Positions 18,780-28,142 of a stretch of DNA of 64,000 bases are shown here, in pieces. The notes below the pieces were generated by a model that was not told the origin of the DNA, did not search any database, and was given only the letters and a program-made list of their open reading frames with translations. Origin of the DNA: an uncultured Thermoplasmatales archaeon (GTDB lineage Archaea; Thermoplasmatota; SW-10-69-26). The translations under genes were made by a program, and so were the position numbers. The number at the start of each line of letters is the position of its first letter. The stretch's first letter is position 1. Location of the stretch: the NCBI GenBank assembly GCA_964581775.1, contig CAZOQA010000005.1, positions 52-64,051 on the forward strand, in the 5' to 3' direction.

Positions 18780-19571
18780 TTGCAAGGTGTGGACGAGGAC
18801 TGGGAACAGGTCGTCGACGACGCCCTCAAGCGCCTCGAGCACGATCCCAAGCTCGAGGCCGCAGACCTGTTCAAGACCGAGGCGGAGGTCTTCGACCTTC
18901 GCACGATGAAAACCCTCTCCAAGCTGATCAGCGATCGGTACCTGGACACGGTGGACTTCTGTGTCAGCACGGGCAAGGAGGCCAACGTGTTCCGAGGGAC
19001 CACGCCCGACGGGGGTCACGTCGCGGTGAAGATCTACCGGGTCCACACCTCCAGCTTCCGCTCCCACATGTCGTACCTGTTAGGCGATCATCGGTTCGAG
19101 CCCGGGGGCAAATCCAACCGGGAGATCATCGAGCTCTGGGCGAGGAAAGAGTTCCAGAACCTCCGCCGGTTCGAGGACGCCGGGCTTCGCGTGCCTCGCC
19201 CGATCAACGTGCTCAACAACGTGGTCCTCATGGAGTTCATCGGTCAAGGCCAACACATCGCGCCGCTTCTCAAGGACGTGGAGCTCGCGGACCCTGAGGG
19301 CGTCCTCGACGACCTGTTGGCGTTCGTGGAGACCGCCTGGGACGATGCCAAGCTCGTGCACGGGGACCTCTCCCAGTTCAACGTGCTCGCGCTTGAGGAC
19401 GAGCTCGTGGTCATCGATGTCGCGCAGGCCGTCCCGCGCGAGCACCCGCGAAGCCAAGAGCTTCTGCGCAGGGACGTCGAGAACCTCGTCGCCTACTTCC
19501 AACGTCAGGGGGTCGACCACGACCCCGAGCAGACGCTCGACGAGCTTTTACCCGGGAAGGAGGCCCGCTGA
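18780..19571 (+). CDS. rio1: RIO1 family serine kinase/ATPase
   Basis: STGKEANVF, VAVKIYR, WARKEFQNL, LVHGDLSQFNV, IDVAQAV. Confidence 0.95.
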   Translation: MQGVDEDWEQVVDDALKRLEHDPKLEAADLFKTEAEVFDLRTMKTLSKLISDRYLDTVDFCVSTGKEANVFRGTTPDGGHVAVKIYRVHTSSFRSHMSYLLGDHRFEPGGKSNREIIELWARKEFQNLRRFEDAGLRVPRPINVLNNVVLMEFIGQGQHIAPLLKDVELADPEGVLDDLLAFVETAWDDAKLVHGDLSQFNVLALEDELVVIDVAQAVPREHPRSQELLRRDVENLVAYFQRQGVDHDPEQTLDELLPGKEAR

Positions 19572-20122
19572 TGGAGATCCACCCTATCCGCATCCCGAGC
19601 GAACGCATCGGCGTCCTGATCGGGCCTCGCGGCACGACGCTTGAAGAGATCGAAGAGCGTTCCGGCGCCGAGGTCACGGTCGACTCCGAGACTGGGGAGG
19701 TGTTCATCGACGACGAGGACGTCTACGATCCGTTGCTCGCGTTGAACGCTCAGGACGTCGTCAAAGCCATCGGGCGCGGGTTCAGCCCAGACCGGGCCTT
19801 CCGCCTCTGGCAGGATGACGCGTACCTGCACATCCTCGATTTGACCGATTACGTCGGCCGGAAGAAGAACCACCTCGAGCGCGTCAAGGGTCGGATCATC
19901 GGGGAATCCGGACGCACGCGCGAGCACATCGAGTCCATGACGGACGTGCACCTGTCCGTCTACGGGAAAACCGTGGGCATCATCGGTGCTCCCGCCGAGG
20001 CCGACATCGCTCGCGACGCCGTCAAGATGCTCGTGGAGGGACGCCAGCACAGCACCGTGTACAAGATGCTTGAAGAGCGCCGACGGGAGCTTCGCATGCG
20101 CGATCTGGGCCTGGAAGGCTAG
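19571..20122 (+). CDS. KH-domain RNA-processing protein (Dim2/Pno1-like)
   Basis: RIGVLIG..G, KAIGRGF, RVKGRIIGESG.TR..IE; follows rio1. Confidence 0.92.
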   Translation: MEIHPIRIPSERIGVLIGPRGTTLEEIEERSGAEVTVDSETGEVFIDDEDVYDPLLALNAQDVVKAIGRGFSPDRAFRLWQDDAYLHILDLTDYVGRKKNHLERVKGRIIGESGRTREHIESMTDVHLSVYGKTVGIIGAPAEADIARDAVKMLVEGRQHSTVYKMLEERRRELRMRDLGLEG

Positions 20123-20207
20123 CCCGCCGCGCGGGCGGAACCGAAACGCACGTATCGACGGGCCAACGTGAAAGGGTAACTTACCGCGAAAGGGAACCCC
20201 TGGTAGG

Positions 20208-20750
20208 ATGAAGCTTGTCCGCAGGATCCGACGATGGTTCGCCCGCGTCACCGGGAACGAGAACCTCTACGCTCGCGTCAAGGGCAAACAGCTGCTCGAG
20301 CACGAGGCCCGCGAGGAGATCCTCGCCATCCTCAAGCGCGAGCCGGGCCTATGCTTCCAGGAGATCCAGGACCGGGTCGGGCTTGCGCCTGGGACCACCA
20401 AGTGGCACCTGAAAAAGCTCGAAGCCTCCAACTTCATCGACTCCACCGAAGACGGGCGACACACCCGCTACCATCCAACCGGCATGGAGAAAGCCACCGT
20501 GAACGCCGTGCTGGCCGTGCGTGACCCCAGCCGCCTGGCCCTGGTCCGCATGGTGCAACGCAACCCCGGCATCACGCAAGGCGACCTCGCCAAGGCTGCA
20601 GGGCTTGCCCAATCCACCGCAAGCCACCACCTCAAACGTCTCTCCGAAGACGGGTTGATCACGAAAGAACGAGACGGTCGCGCCAACCGATACTACGTCG
20701 CAGACGCCATGGAAGCCCCCGTTCGAGAGGCCGTCCGGTACGTGATGTGA
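20208..20750 (+). CDS. Double winged-HTH (ArsR/MarR-like) transcriptional regulator
   Basis: Two HTH modules: REEILAILKREPG...TKWHLKKLE and LVRMVQRNPGITQGDLAKAAGLAQSTASHHLKRL. Confidence 0.85.
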   Translation: MKLVRRIRRWFARVTGNENLYARVKGKQLLEHEAREEILAILKREPGLCFQEIQDRVGLAPGTTKWHLKKLEASNFIDSTEDGRHTRYHPTGMEKATVNAVLAVRDPSRLALVRMVQRNPGITQGDLAKAAGLAQSTASHHLKRLSEDGLITKERDGRANRYYVADAMEAPVREAVRYVM

Positions 20751-20809
20751 CAGGACTGCATCGAGGCCCAAAGCGGAAAGAACCAAGTCCTTGCCCCACG
20801 TGAGCACCC

Positions 20810-21022
20810 GTGATGGCCATCGCCGCCGACAACGACGCGTCCTCCACCCCCACGCTTCGACGCACCTGCCATCTCTGCGAGGACGCCGTCGACAGCCACG
20901 TCTGGTACGCGAAGACCCTCACGGACGACGAGGGACACCCCCACCGCGTCTACGCGTGCCCCGACTGCTTTTTCGACCTCGACGCGGCCAAGCGCGAGAC
21001 CTACTACCGCGAACGCGTCTGA
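20810..21022 (+). CDS. Small C4 zinc-finger-like protein
   Basis: CHLC and CPDC pairs in about 70 aa. Confidence 0.6.
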   Translation: MMAIAADNDASSTPTLRRTCHLCEDAVDSHVWYAKTLTDDEGHPHRVYACPDCFFDLDAAKRETYYRERV

Positions 21023-21087
21023 CCCAGCCCGACCCTCTCGTCCCGTTACGCACTTAAGCACCAGGGCCATGTCGTGGCGAGCCCCGC

Positions 21088-23991
21088 ATGTCCTCGTCCC
21101 AGCAGGACCTCGACCTCGACGCCATCGAACGACGCTGGCAAGACACCTGGCAAGAGCGAAACCTGCACGAGGCAGAACCCCGAGACGGGGAGGACTCGTT
21201 CTTCGTCACCTACCCCTACTCCTACATGAACGCGTTCGCGCACGTGGGCCACGCCTACACGATGCTGCGAAGCGACATGATGGCCCGCTACCAGCGCATG
21301 CAGGGCAAGAACGTGCTCTTCCCCTTCGCCTACCACGTCACCGGAACCCCCATCGTCGCGGCAGCCAACCGCATCCGCGAAGGGGAAGAATCGCAGATCC
21401 AGCAGCTGCTCGACCAAGGCATCCCCCAGGAGAAGGTCGAATCGTTCGCGGACCCCATGAAATGGATCGACTACTTCCCCGAGCAATGGCGCCAAGACGC
21501 CGACCGGCTCGGCCTCATGATCGACTGGCGCCGCCAGTTCCACACCACGGACATCAACCCCTTCTACGACGCGTTCATCCGCTGGCAGTTCCGACGCCTC
21601 AAAGACAAGGGCCTCGTCCGGCGAGGCGAGCACCCCGTCGTCTGGGACCCCGACGCTGAGAGCGTGCTCAGCGACCACGACCGCATGGAAGGCGAAGGGG
21701 CCACGCCGCAGGAGTTCACGCTCATCAAGCTCCGCGACGAAGAGGACCCCCAGCGCGTCTTCGTCGCCGCCACGCTTCGCCCCGAGACCATGTTCGGGCA
21801 GACCAACGTATGGGTCCACCCCGAGGAGACCTACACCGAGATCCGCGTGGGGGCCGAGCGCTGGGTCGTCGCCCAAGAGGCCGCCCACAAGTTCGAGCAC
21901 CAGTTCGATGACGTCGAGGAGACCGACGTGACGCTCGAGGGAGCCACCCTGGTCGGTCAGCACGTCAGCGCGCCCGCGACCGACCGAACCATCCCCGTGC
22001 TCCCCGCTGCGTTCGTGAGCGCGGAGACCGGCACGGGCGTCGTCACGAGCGTTCCCAGCGACGCGCCTGACGACCACCAGGCGCTTTTGGACCTGCAAGG
22101 CGACGTGGACGCGTTGGAGGCGTACGGGTTGGACCCGAACGAGGTGGGCTCGATCGAGCCCATCGCGATCATCGAGACGCCTGGACTGGGAGACCTGGCT
22201 GCGCCGGCGATCCTGGACGAGATGGGGATCGAAAGCCAGCAGGAGCGCGAGGCCCTCGAAGAGGCCACGGACGAGGTGTACCGGCGTGGGTTCTACGAGG
22301 GCACCATGAAGGAGGAGCTTGCGCGTGTGGGCGGGATGCCCGTGCAGAAGGCCAAAGAGGAGGTTCAAGCGTGGCTGGTCGAGGAGGGCGACGCGGAGCT
22401 CTTCTACGATCTGACCGAGCCCGTGATCGCGCGATCGTTGACGCAAGCCGTGGTCAAGATCGTGGACGACCAGTGGTTCATGGCGTACGGGGACGAGGAC
22501 TGGAAACGCGAGGTCCGCAGGGCCCTTGACGAGGTCGTCACGCTGTACCCTGAGAAGGTGCGCTCCCAGTTCGAGCACGTCGTGGACTGGCTCAACGACT
22601 GGGCCTGCACGCGCGCGACCGGGCTGGGCACCAAGCTCCCCTGGGACGAACAGTGGATCATCGAGTCCCTTTCGGACTCCACCATCTACATGGCGTACTA
22701 CACGATCGCGCACCTGCTCGAGGAGGAGGACATCGACCCAAGCGACGTACGCGATAACGATGCGGCCTTCGACTACGTGTTCCTGGGGGAGGGCGAACCG
22801 GGGCAAGCCGCGCAGGGGACCTTGACGCGGGAGCTTCTGGAGCGCATGCGCCAGGAGTTCACGCACTGGTACCCGGTGGACTTCCGCAACAGCGGCAAGG
22901 ATCTGGTCCAGAACCATCTCACGTTCATGGTGTACAACCACGTGGCCCTGTTCGACGAGGAGCACTGGCCGCGTGGGCTCAGCGTGAACGGGTGGGTCAC
23001 GATCGGGGGCGAGAAGATGAGCAAGTCCAAGGGCAACTTCATCACGCTGCGGGACGCCCTGGACGAGCACGGGGCCACCGTCACGCGGCTGGCCTTGGCC
23101 AACGCGGGGGAAGGGCTGGACGATGCCAACTTCGACCCCGAGTTCGCGCGCACCGCGTACGGCCGGATCGAGGCCTGGTTCGCCACCGTTACGCAAGCCC
23201 CTGACCAGGCCCGCGAGGGGGAGAAGGGAAGCGCCGAGCTGTGGTTCGAGGCGCGCATGGCGGAGCTGCTCGACGAAGCGAGCAGCGCGTACGACGGGGC
23301 TCGGTTCCGCTCGGCCTTGAAGGCTTGTTTTTTCGACCTCACGGCGGCCTGGAACCGGTACGTGCGCCGGTGCCTGGGCGAGCCTCATCGGGACACGTGG
23401 GAACGCTTCTCGACCGTGGCGATCCGGGCCATGGCGCCCATCCTCCCGCACCTGGCCAGCGAGGCCTGGCGCGAACGCGAGGAGGGCATGGTCATCGATG
23501 CCCCGTTCCCCGAGCCGGAGCGGCCCGAGGGGGCCGTGGAGGCCTTGGCCGCGGAAGAGCTCGTGGTCCAGGTGCTCGAGGACACGCGGGATATCCTGCA
23601 AGCCACGGGGGAAGAGCCCCAGACGGTGCGCGTGTTCACGGCCCCCCCGTGGAAGCGGACCGTCGTCGACGAGGCGCTGCACCTCAAGCAGAAGGACGAG
23701 CTGGACCCGGGCACGCTGACCTCTCGGGTGATGCAGGAGGACGCGGTCAAGCAGCAGGGCGGGGACGCGGCCCGCTTTGCGAAGGACACGGCCATGAAGC
23801 TCGAGCGCGCACCTGAGCCCACGCTCGTCGAGGATGAGGCCTCCGTCCTCGAGGCGGCGATCGGGTTCTTGGAGGAGCAGCTGGGATGCCCGGTTGAGGT
23901 GCACCCGGCTCAGAGCGCGGAGGCCGTCGAGCACGGGGGCAAGGCCGAGCGAGCCGAGCCCGGGCGCCCGGGCATCTTCATCCAGTCGTGA
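21088..23991 (+). CDS. leuS: Leucine--tRNA ligase (archaeal type)
   Basis: YPYSYMNAFAHVGH, ATLRPET, SLSDSTIYMAYY, GKDLVQNHL, KMSKSKGN, KAERAEPGRPGI. Confidence 0.96.
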   Translation: MSSSQQDLDLDAIERRWQDTWQERNLHEAEPRDGEDSFFVTYPYSYMNAFAHVGHAYTMLRSDMMARYQRMQGKNVLFPFAYHVTGTPIVAAANRIREGEESQIQQLLDQGIPQEKVESFADPMKWIDYFPEQWRQDADRLGLMIDWRRQFHTTDINPFYDAFIRWQFRRLKDKGLVRRGEHPVVWDPDAESVLSDHDRMEGEGATPQEFTLIKLRDEEDPQRVFVAATLRPETMFGQTNVWVHPEETYTEIRVGAERWVVAQEAAHKFEHQFDDVEETDVTLEGATLVGQHVSAPATDRTIPVLPAAFVSAETGTGVVTSVPSDAPDDHQALLDLQGDVDALEAYGLDPNEVGSIEPIAIIETPGLGDLAAPAILDEMGIESQQEREALEEATDEVYRRGFYEGTMKEELARVGGMPVQKAKEEVQAWLVEEGDAELFYDLTEPVIARSLTQAVVKIVDDQWFMAYGDEDWKREVRRALDEVVTLYPEKVRSQFEHVVDWLNDWACTRATGLGTKLPWDEQWIIESLSDSTIYMAYYTIAHLLEEEDIDPSDVRDNDAAFDYVFLGEGEPGQAAQGTLTRELLERMRQEFTHWYPVDFRNSGKDLVQNHLTFMVYNHVALFDEEHWPRGLSVNGWVTIGGEKMSKSKGNFITLRDALDEHGATVTRLALANAGEGLDDANFDPEFARTAYGRIEAWFATVTQAPDQAREGEKGSAELWFEARMAELLDEASSAYDGARFRSALKACFFDLTAAWNRYVRRCLGEPHRDTWERFSTVAIRAMAPILPHLASEAWREREEGMVIDAPFPEPERPEGAVEALAAEELVVQVLEDTRDILQATGEEPQTVRVFTAPPWKRTVVDEALHLKQKDELDPGTLTSRVMQEDAVKQQGGDAARFAKDTAMKLERAPEPTLVEDEASVLEAAIGFLEEQLGCPVEVHPAQSAEAVEHGGKAERAEPGRPGIFIQS

Positions 23992-24003
23992 GAGGACGCA
24001 CCG

Positions 24004-24561
24004 ATGGACGTGATGGGATCCCCGTTGCCGGACTGGGCACGCCACATCGTGGAGCCTGGCGAGCGCGTCGGGGACGACGTGGGCGGGTTGGACGCGGCCA
24101 TCGATTTGGCGGTGGCCAGCGCGGAGCAGGGCGGGGGCCCGTTCGGGGTCCTCGTCGCGGACGCGGACGGGCGCGTGGTGAGCCTGGGGTGGAACCGCGT
24201 GATCGAGGCCACGGACTCGACCGCGCACGCGGAGATCGAGGCCCTGCGCGCGGCCCAGCTTCGCGTGGGCACGCACGATCTCTCCCAGCCTGAGCGGGCG
24301 CCGTTGTCGATGTTCGCGAGCTGCGCGCCGTGCGTGATGTGCTTTGGAGCGATCTACTGGAGCGGCATCGCGCGCGTGGTGTCGGCGGCCAGCGCGGCGC
24401 ACGCGGAGGCGCTGGGTTTCGATGAGGGGCCCGTGACGGAGGCGATGTGGCGGGCGGCCAAGGAGGACAAGGGCATCGAGTACGAGCCGGACGGTCCCGC
24501 GCGCAGGGACCCGGAGGCCCCGTTCGATCTTTACCGGGAGAAGGGCGGCGTGATCTACTAG
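24004..24561 (+). CDS. Nucleoside/guanine deaminase family protein
   Basis: GGPFG, DSTAHAEI, SCAPCVMCFGAIYWSGI Zn-deaminase motif. Confidence 0.88.
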   Translation: MDVMGSPLPDWARHIVEPGERVGDDVGGLDAAIDLAVASAEQGGGPFGVLVADADGRVVSLGWNRVIEATDSTAHAEIEALRAAQLRVGTHDLSQPERAPLSMFASCAPCVMCFGAIYWSGIARVVSAASAAHAEALGFDEGPVTEAMWRAAKEDKGIEYEPDGPARRDPEAPFDLYREKGGVIY

Positions 24562-24659
24562 GTCGAGGGTCGGGCTCGTTGGGGGGACCAAGCGTTCGGT
24601 ACGCTGGCATGAGCAGCGCTGAAGGCTCCTCAAGTAGGCCGGGAAGGGAATCAGGCGCG

Positions 24660-25238
24660 ATGCGCTGGACGGAGGACGATTACCCGGACCGGTTCAAGGG
24701 GTTGGACCCGGATGTTCGCTCGATGGCGATCGAGATCGCCAACCGCCTCGTCGAGGGCGAGGACATCGAGGAGGACCGCGCGCTCGCGATCGCAGAGTCT
24801 CGGGCCCGAGAGGGCGGCTCGAGGCCCTCGGACGTCGCGGACCGCGAGGGCCAACGCGTCGAGGGAGCCGACGTGCCCGGGGGCGAAGAAGAGCCGCAGG
24901 CGCGCCTTGAACCGGACGAACCGAGCGCTTCAGAGCAAGCCGACCCCGCGGCGCCGCGGGAGACGCGCGCTCCCCGCGAAGGACCCGAGGATCTGGCGCC
25001 GGAGGAGGACGAGGACGCCGTCGAGCGGACCCTCAAAGAGGACCCCCCGCCTGAGGGATCCCCTGGGGCCACGGAGCCGTCCAGGGGCCCCGAGACGGCC
25101 GATCGGGACCAGCTTGAGCACTGGCCCAGGGACCGGCTGATGGAGTACGCCTCGCAGCGGGGCGTGGAGCCCGATCCGCAGATCGACCGGGACACGCTCA
25201 TCGACCGGTTAAGCCGGGACGAGGACCGGGAAGCCTAG
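24660..25238 (+). CDS. YdaT-like stress protein N-domain, acidic linker and C-terminal HeH/Rho_N-like helix pair
   Basis: MRWTEDDYP...AIEIANRLVE.......ALAIA resembles the B. subtilis YdaT N-terminus; alternative start 24609. Confidence 0.7.
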   Translation: MRWTEDDYPDRFKGLDPDVRSMAIEIANRLVEGEDIEEDRALAIAESRAREGGSRPSDVADREGQRVEGADVPGGEEEPQARLEPDEPSASEQADPAAPRETRAPREGPEDLAPEEDEDAVERTLKEDPPPEGSPGATEPSRGPETADRDQLEHWPRDRLMEYASQRGVEPDPQIDRDTLIDRLSRDEDREA

Positions 25239-25311
25239 GCTCTGCTCACCCGTAACCCTCAAGAAGGCGTGTCCTGGCAAGACCTAGCACTTGCCTGCTT
25301 GGTGGTGCCCC

Positions 25312-25668
25312 ATGACTCAACATGAACACGACCGCGACGACGAGCCCGCCTCCCCCCGCCCCGACCGGCTCGAAGGCCAAGCCTCCTCCCACACGGAAGA
25401 GCCCTTCGAAGAGCCCGACGAGGAGCCTCAACCCTCCTCCCAACCCGACCGGAGCGACCCACGCACCGACGACGAACCCCCCGACCGACGAAGCGACCCC
25501 ACCCTCGACCGCACGACCGGGAACCCCGGCGGACCGCCCCCCACCGACCGCGAAGCGCTGGACGCCTGGTCCCGCCAAGAGCTCCTCGAACACGCAGACG
25601 ACATCGGCATCGAGGTCCCGTCCGATGCCTCCCACGACGACCTCGTCGACCGCATCCACGACGCCTGA
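25312..25668 (+). CDS. Acidic disordered protein with C-terminal HeH/Rho_N-like domain
   Basis: LDAWSRQELLEHADDIGIEVPSDASHDDLVDRI parallels the C-terminus of the upstream gene. Confidence 0.65.
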   Translation: MTQHEHDRDDEPASPRPDRLEGQASSHTEEPFEEPDEEPQPSSQPDRSDPRTDDEPPDRRSDPTLDRTTGNPGGPPPTDREALDAWSRQELLEHADDIGIEVPSDASHDDLVDRIHDA

Positions 25669-25671
25669 CCC

Positions 25672-26775
25672 ATGACGGAGGACCCTCACATGCCCCAAGA
25701 CCGCGCCCGCGACAAGGACACGAGCTGGACGCAAGAAGCCGCCTGGAACATGCCGCGCGACGTGACCATCGAGATCTCCCAGAACCCAGCCTCCTCCACC
25801 GTAAGCCTCGGCGCGGACCCCGCTGACCCCCCCGGTGACACCTTCGAGCCCGCAACCGGACCGCAACCCTCCCAGAAGACCCCCCAAGACGACGCAACCG
25901 ATCCTGCACCCCGCGACGAGCCCGAGCCCCCCTTCCCCGAGCAGGACCAAGAGCTGCCCGGGGTCGAAGAGGAGATGCACCCCCAACCCAGGTTCAAAGC
26001 GCCCGCGTACGCCCCTGCGGACAAGCTCGACGGACGCCGAGCCCTCGTCACGGGAGGCGACTCCGGGATCGGGCGCGCGGTGGCCGTCCTGTTCGCCCGC
26101 GAGGGCGCCGACGTCGCGTTCACACACCTCCCCGCTGAGCGCGAGGACGCCAAGCGGACCCTTCAAGAGATCCACGACGAAGGCGGCCAAGGCGTCGCGA
26201 TCGAGACGGACCTCAGCCAGGAAGGCTCCGCCCAAGACGCGGTCGAACGTACGGTCCGCGAGCTGGGCGGGTTGGACCTTCTGGTCAACAACGCGGCCTT
26301 CCAAGAGCACGTCGACACGTTCGAGGAACTCAGCTGGGAGCACTGGGAGCACACGTTCGACGTGAACATCCACGGGTACTTCCGCGTCGCCAAGGCGGCC
26401 ATCGAGCACATGGAGCCCGGAAGCAGCATCATCAACACCGGCTCCATCACCGGCATGCAGGGCCGCGGCGGCGCCATCGACTACGCGACCACCAAGGGCG
26501 CGATTCACACCTTCACGAAGTCCCTGGCCCAGGACGTCATCGACGACGGGATCCGCGTGAACTGCGTCTCCCCCGGACCCGTATGGACCCCGCTGAACCC
26601 CGCCGAGCGGGACGACGAGGAGATCGAAGAGTTCGGGGAGCGCACCGGCTTGGACCGTCCTGCCGAGCCTGAGGAGATCGCTCCCGCGTACGTGTTCCTG
26701 GCATCGAACGCGGACAGCAGCGCCATCACGGGCGAGGTGTTGACGATCCTTGCTGGGGACACGCGCGCTGGGTGA
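25672..26775 (+). CDS. SDR oxidoreductase, YdaD (general stress protein 39)-like, with acidic N-terminal extension
   Basis: PGVEEEMHPQP, TGGDSGIGRA, LVNNAA, YATTK, RVNCVSPGPVWTP. Confidence 0.92.
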   Translation: MTEDPHMPQDRARDKDTSWTQEAAWNMPRDVTIEISQNPASSTVSLGADPADPPGDTFEPATGPQPSQKTPQDDATDPAPRDEPEPPFPEQDQELPGVEEEMHPQPRFKAPAYAPADKLDGRRALVTGGDSGIGRAVAVLFAREGADVAFTHLPAEREDAKRTLQEIHDEGGQGVAIETDLSQEGSAQDAVERTVRELGGLDLLVNNAAFQEHVDTFEELSWEHWEHTFDVNIHGYFRVAKAAIEHMEPGSSIINTGSITGMQGRGGAIDYATTKGAIHTFTKSLAQDVIDDGIRVNCVSPGPVWTPLNPAERDDEEIEEFGERTGLDRPAEPEEIAPAYVFLASNADSSAITGEVLTILAGDTRAG

Positions 26776-26811
26776 CCTGCACCGGCATGCGCGGACCGCT
26801 GGGGCGCTCGG

Positions 26812-27975
26812 TCAGAGGTTCCCTCGTTTCTCCTGTTCTTGCTCGAAGCTCTTGAACAGGGCCTTGAAGTTCCCCTTCCCGAACCCTTGGGCGCCCTTGC
26901 GTTGGATGATCTCGAAGAACAGCGTGGGGCGGTCCTGGATGGGGTTCGTGAACAGCTGGAGGAGGTAGCCTTCCTCGTCCTCGTCGACGAGGATGCCCAG
27001 CTCCTCGAGGTCCTCGACGGCCTCGTCGATCCCGTCCAGGGGGACGCGGTCCGGGAGGTTCTCGTAGTAGGCCTCGGGTGCGTCGAGGAAGTCCACCTCG
27101 CGCTCTCGCATCTCGTCGATCGTGTCCAGGATGTTGCCGGTCGTGATGGCAAGGTGCTGGACGCCGGGGCCCGGGTAGAAGTCCAGGTACTCCTGGATCT
27201 GGGACTTTTTGAGGCCTTCGGCGGGCTCGTTGATGGGGATCTTCACGCTGAGGTCGTCGTTGGCCATGACGACGCTGCGCAGGGCGCTGTACTGGGTGGA
27301 GATGTCGTCCTCGTCGAAGTCGACGAAGCGCTGGAACCCGAACACGTCCTCGTAGAACTGGGCCCAGCTGGTCATCTCGCCCTCGGGCACGTTCCCGACG
27401 GTGTGGTCGAGGGTCTCGAACCCGACGCCGGGGCCCGCCTCGGGCGTGTCTTCGATGGGCTCGTACCCGGGCAGGAAGGGGCCGCCGTAGTTGGAGTCGT
27501 CGATGAGGGTGTGCACCGTGTCCCCGAACGTGGCGAGCGTGGCGAGTTCAACGGTGCCGTACTCGTCCTCGATCGTGTCGGGCTTGCGCACGGCGAACCC
27601 GTCGTCGATGAGCTCGTCGCCCTCGAACAGGTCCTCGTGGTCTTGGACCCGCTCGACGGCCTGCTGGAAGGTGCCGTCCACGTCGTTCGTCTCGAGCGCC
27701 ACGTCGCGGACGCCGTCCGTGTGGCGACCGACGTGGTCGGCGATGACGCTGTCCGTGGTCATGGGAGCCGTGAGGACGATGCGCACATCGCCCTGTTCCA
27801 TCACGTAGCTGGCGCGGTCGCGCACGCCGGTCTCGGGACCAGCGTACGCTACGGGCGTGAACCCGTACGCGTTCTCGTACACGTACGACGCCTGCTTGGC
27901 GTTCCCCACGTACAGCTCCACGTGTGCGAACCCGTCGATCGGGAGCTGGTCAGCCCGGTCTCCTTGTTCCGTCAT
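26812..27975 (-). CDS. hppD: 4-hydroxyphenylpyruvate dioxygenase
   Basis: HVELYVGNAKQA, LDHTVGN, SQIQEYL...GPGVQHLA, YLLQLFT, FFEIIQRKG..GFGKGNFKALF. Confidence 0.97.
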   Translation of the reverse strand: MTEQGDRADQLPIDGFAHVELYVGNAKQASYVYENAYGFTPVAYAGPETGVRDRASYVMEQGDVRIVLTAPMTTDSVIADHVGRHTDGVRDVALETNDVDGTFQQAVERVQDHEDLFEGDELIDDGFAVRKPDTIEDEYGTVELATLATFGDTVHTLIDDSNYGGPFLPGYEPIEDTPEAGPGVGFETLDHTVGNVPEGEMTSWAQFYEDVFGFQRFVDFDEDDISTQYSALRSVVMANDDLSVKIPINEPAEGLKKSQIQEYLDFYPGPGVQHLAITTGNILDTIDEMREREVDFLDAPEAYYENLPDRVPLDGIDEAVEDLEELGILVDEDEEGYLLQLFTNPIQDRPTLFFEIIQRKGAQGFGKGNFKALFKSFEQEQEKRGNL

Positions 27976-28142
27976 GCCCAATCCCTCTCCCCCCGGAACG
28001 GGTCGGCGTGCGATAAGGGTTGTGGGAGACGCAAGCACATGCTTTCTGGCAGGGAGGACGCGGGGCCGACTGCGGAACTTACATACGGGCGGGAGGGCTC
28101 CTTGGAGACCATGGATGGGCCCTGGCGCCCAAGGAGGTACTC

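Noticed and set aside
21046-24633. 1195-aa antisense ORF and other long shadow ORFs (e.g. 7123-8862, 39346-41142, 28630-30075)
   Set aside because: Mirror frames of real high-GC genes; low-complexity translations with no family motifs
25322-25675. 117-aa Thr/Pro-rich ORF
   Set aside because: The overlapping frame 25312-25668 gives an acidic protein with a domain shared with the neighbouring gene and fits the proteome better
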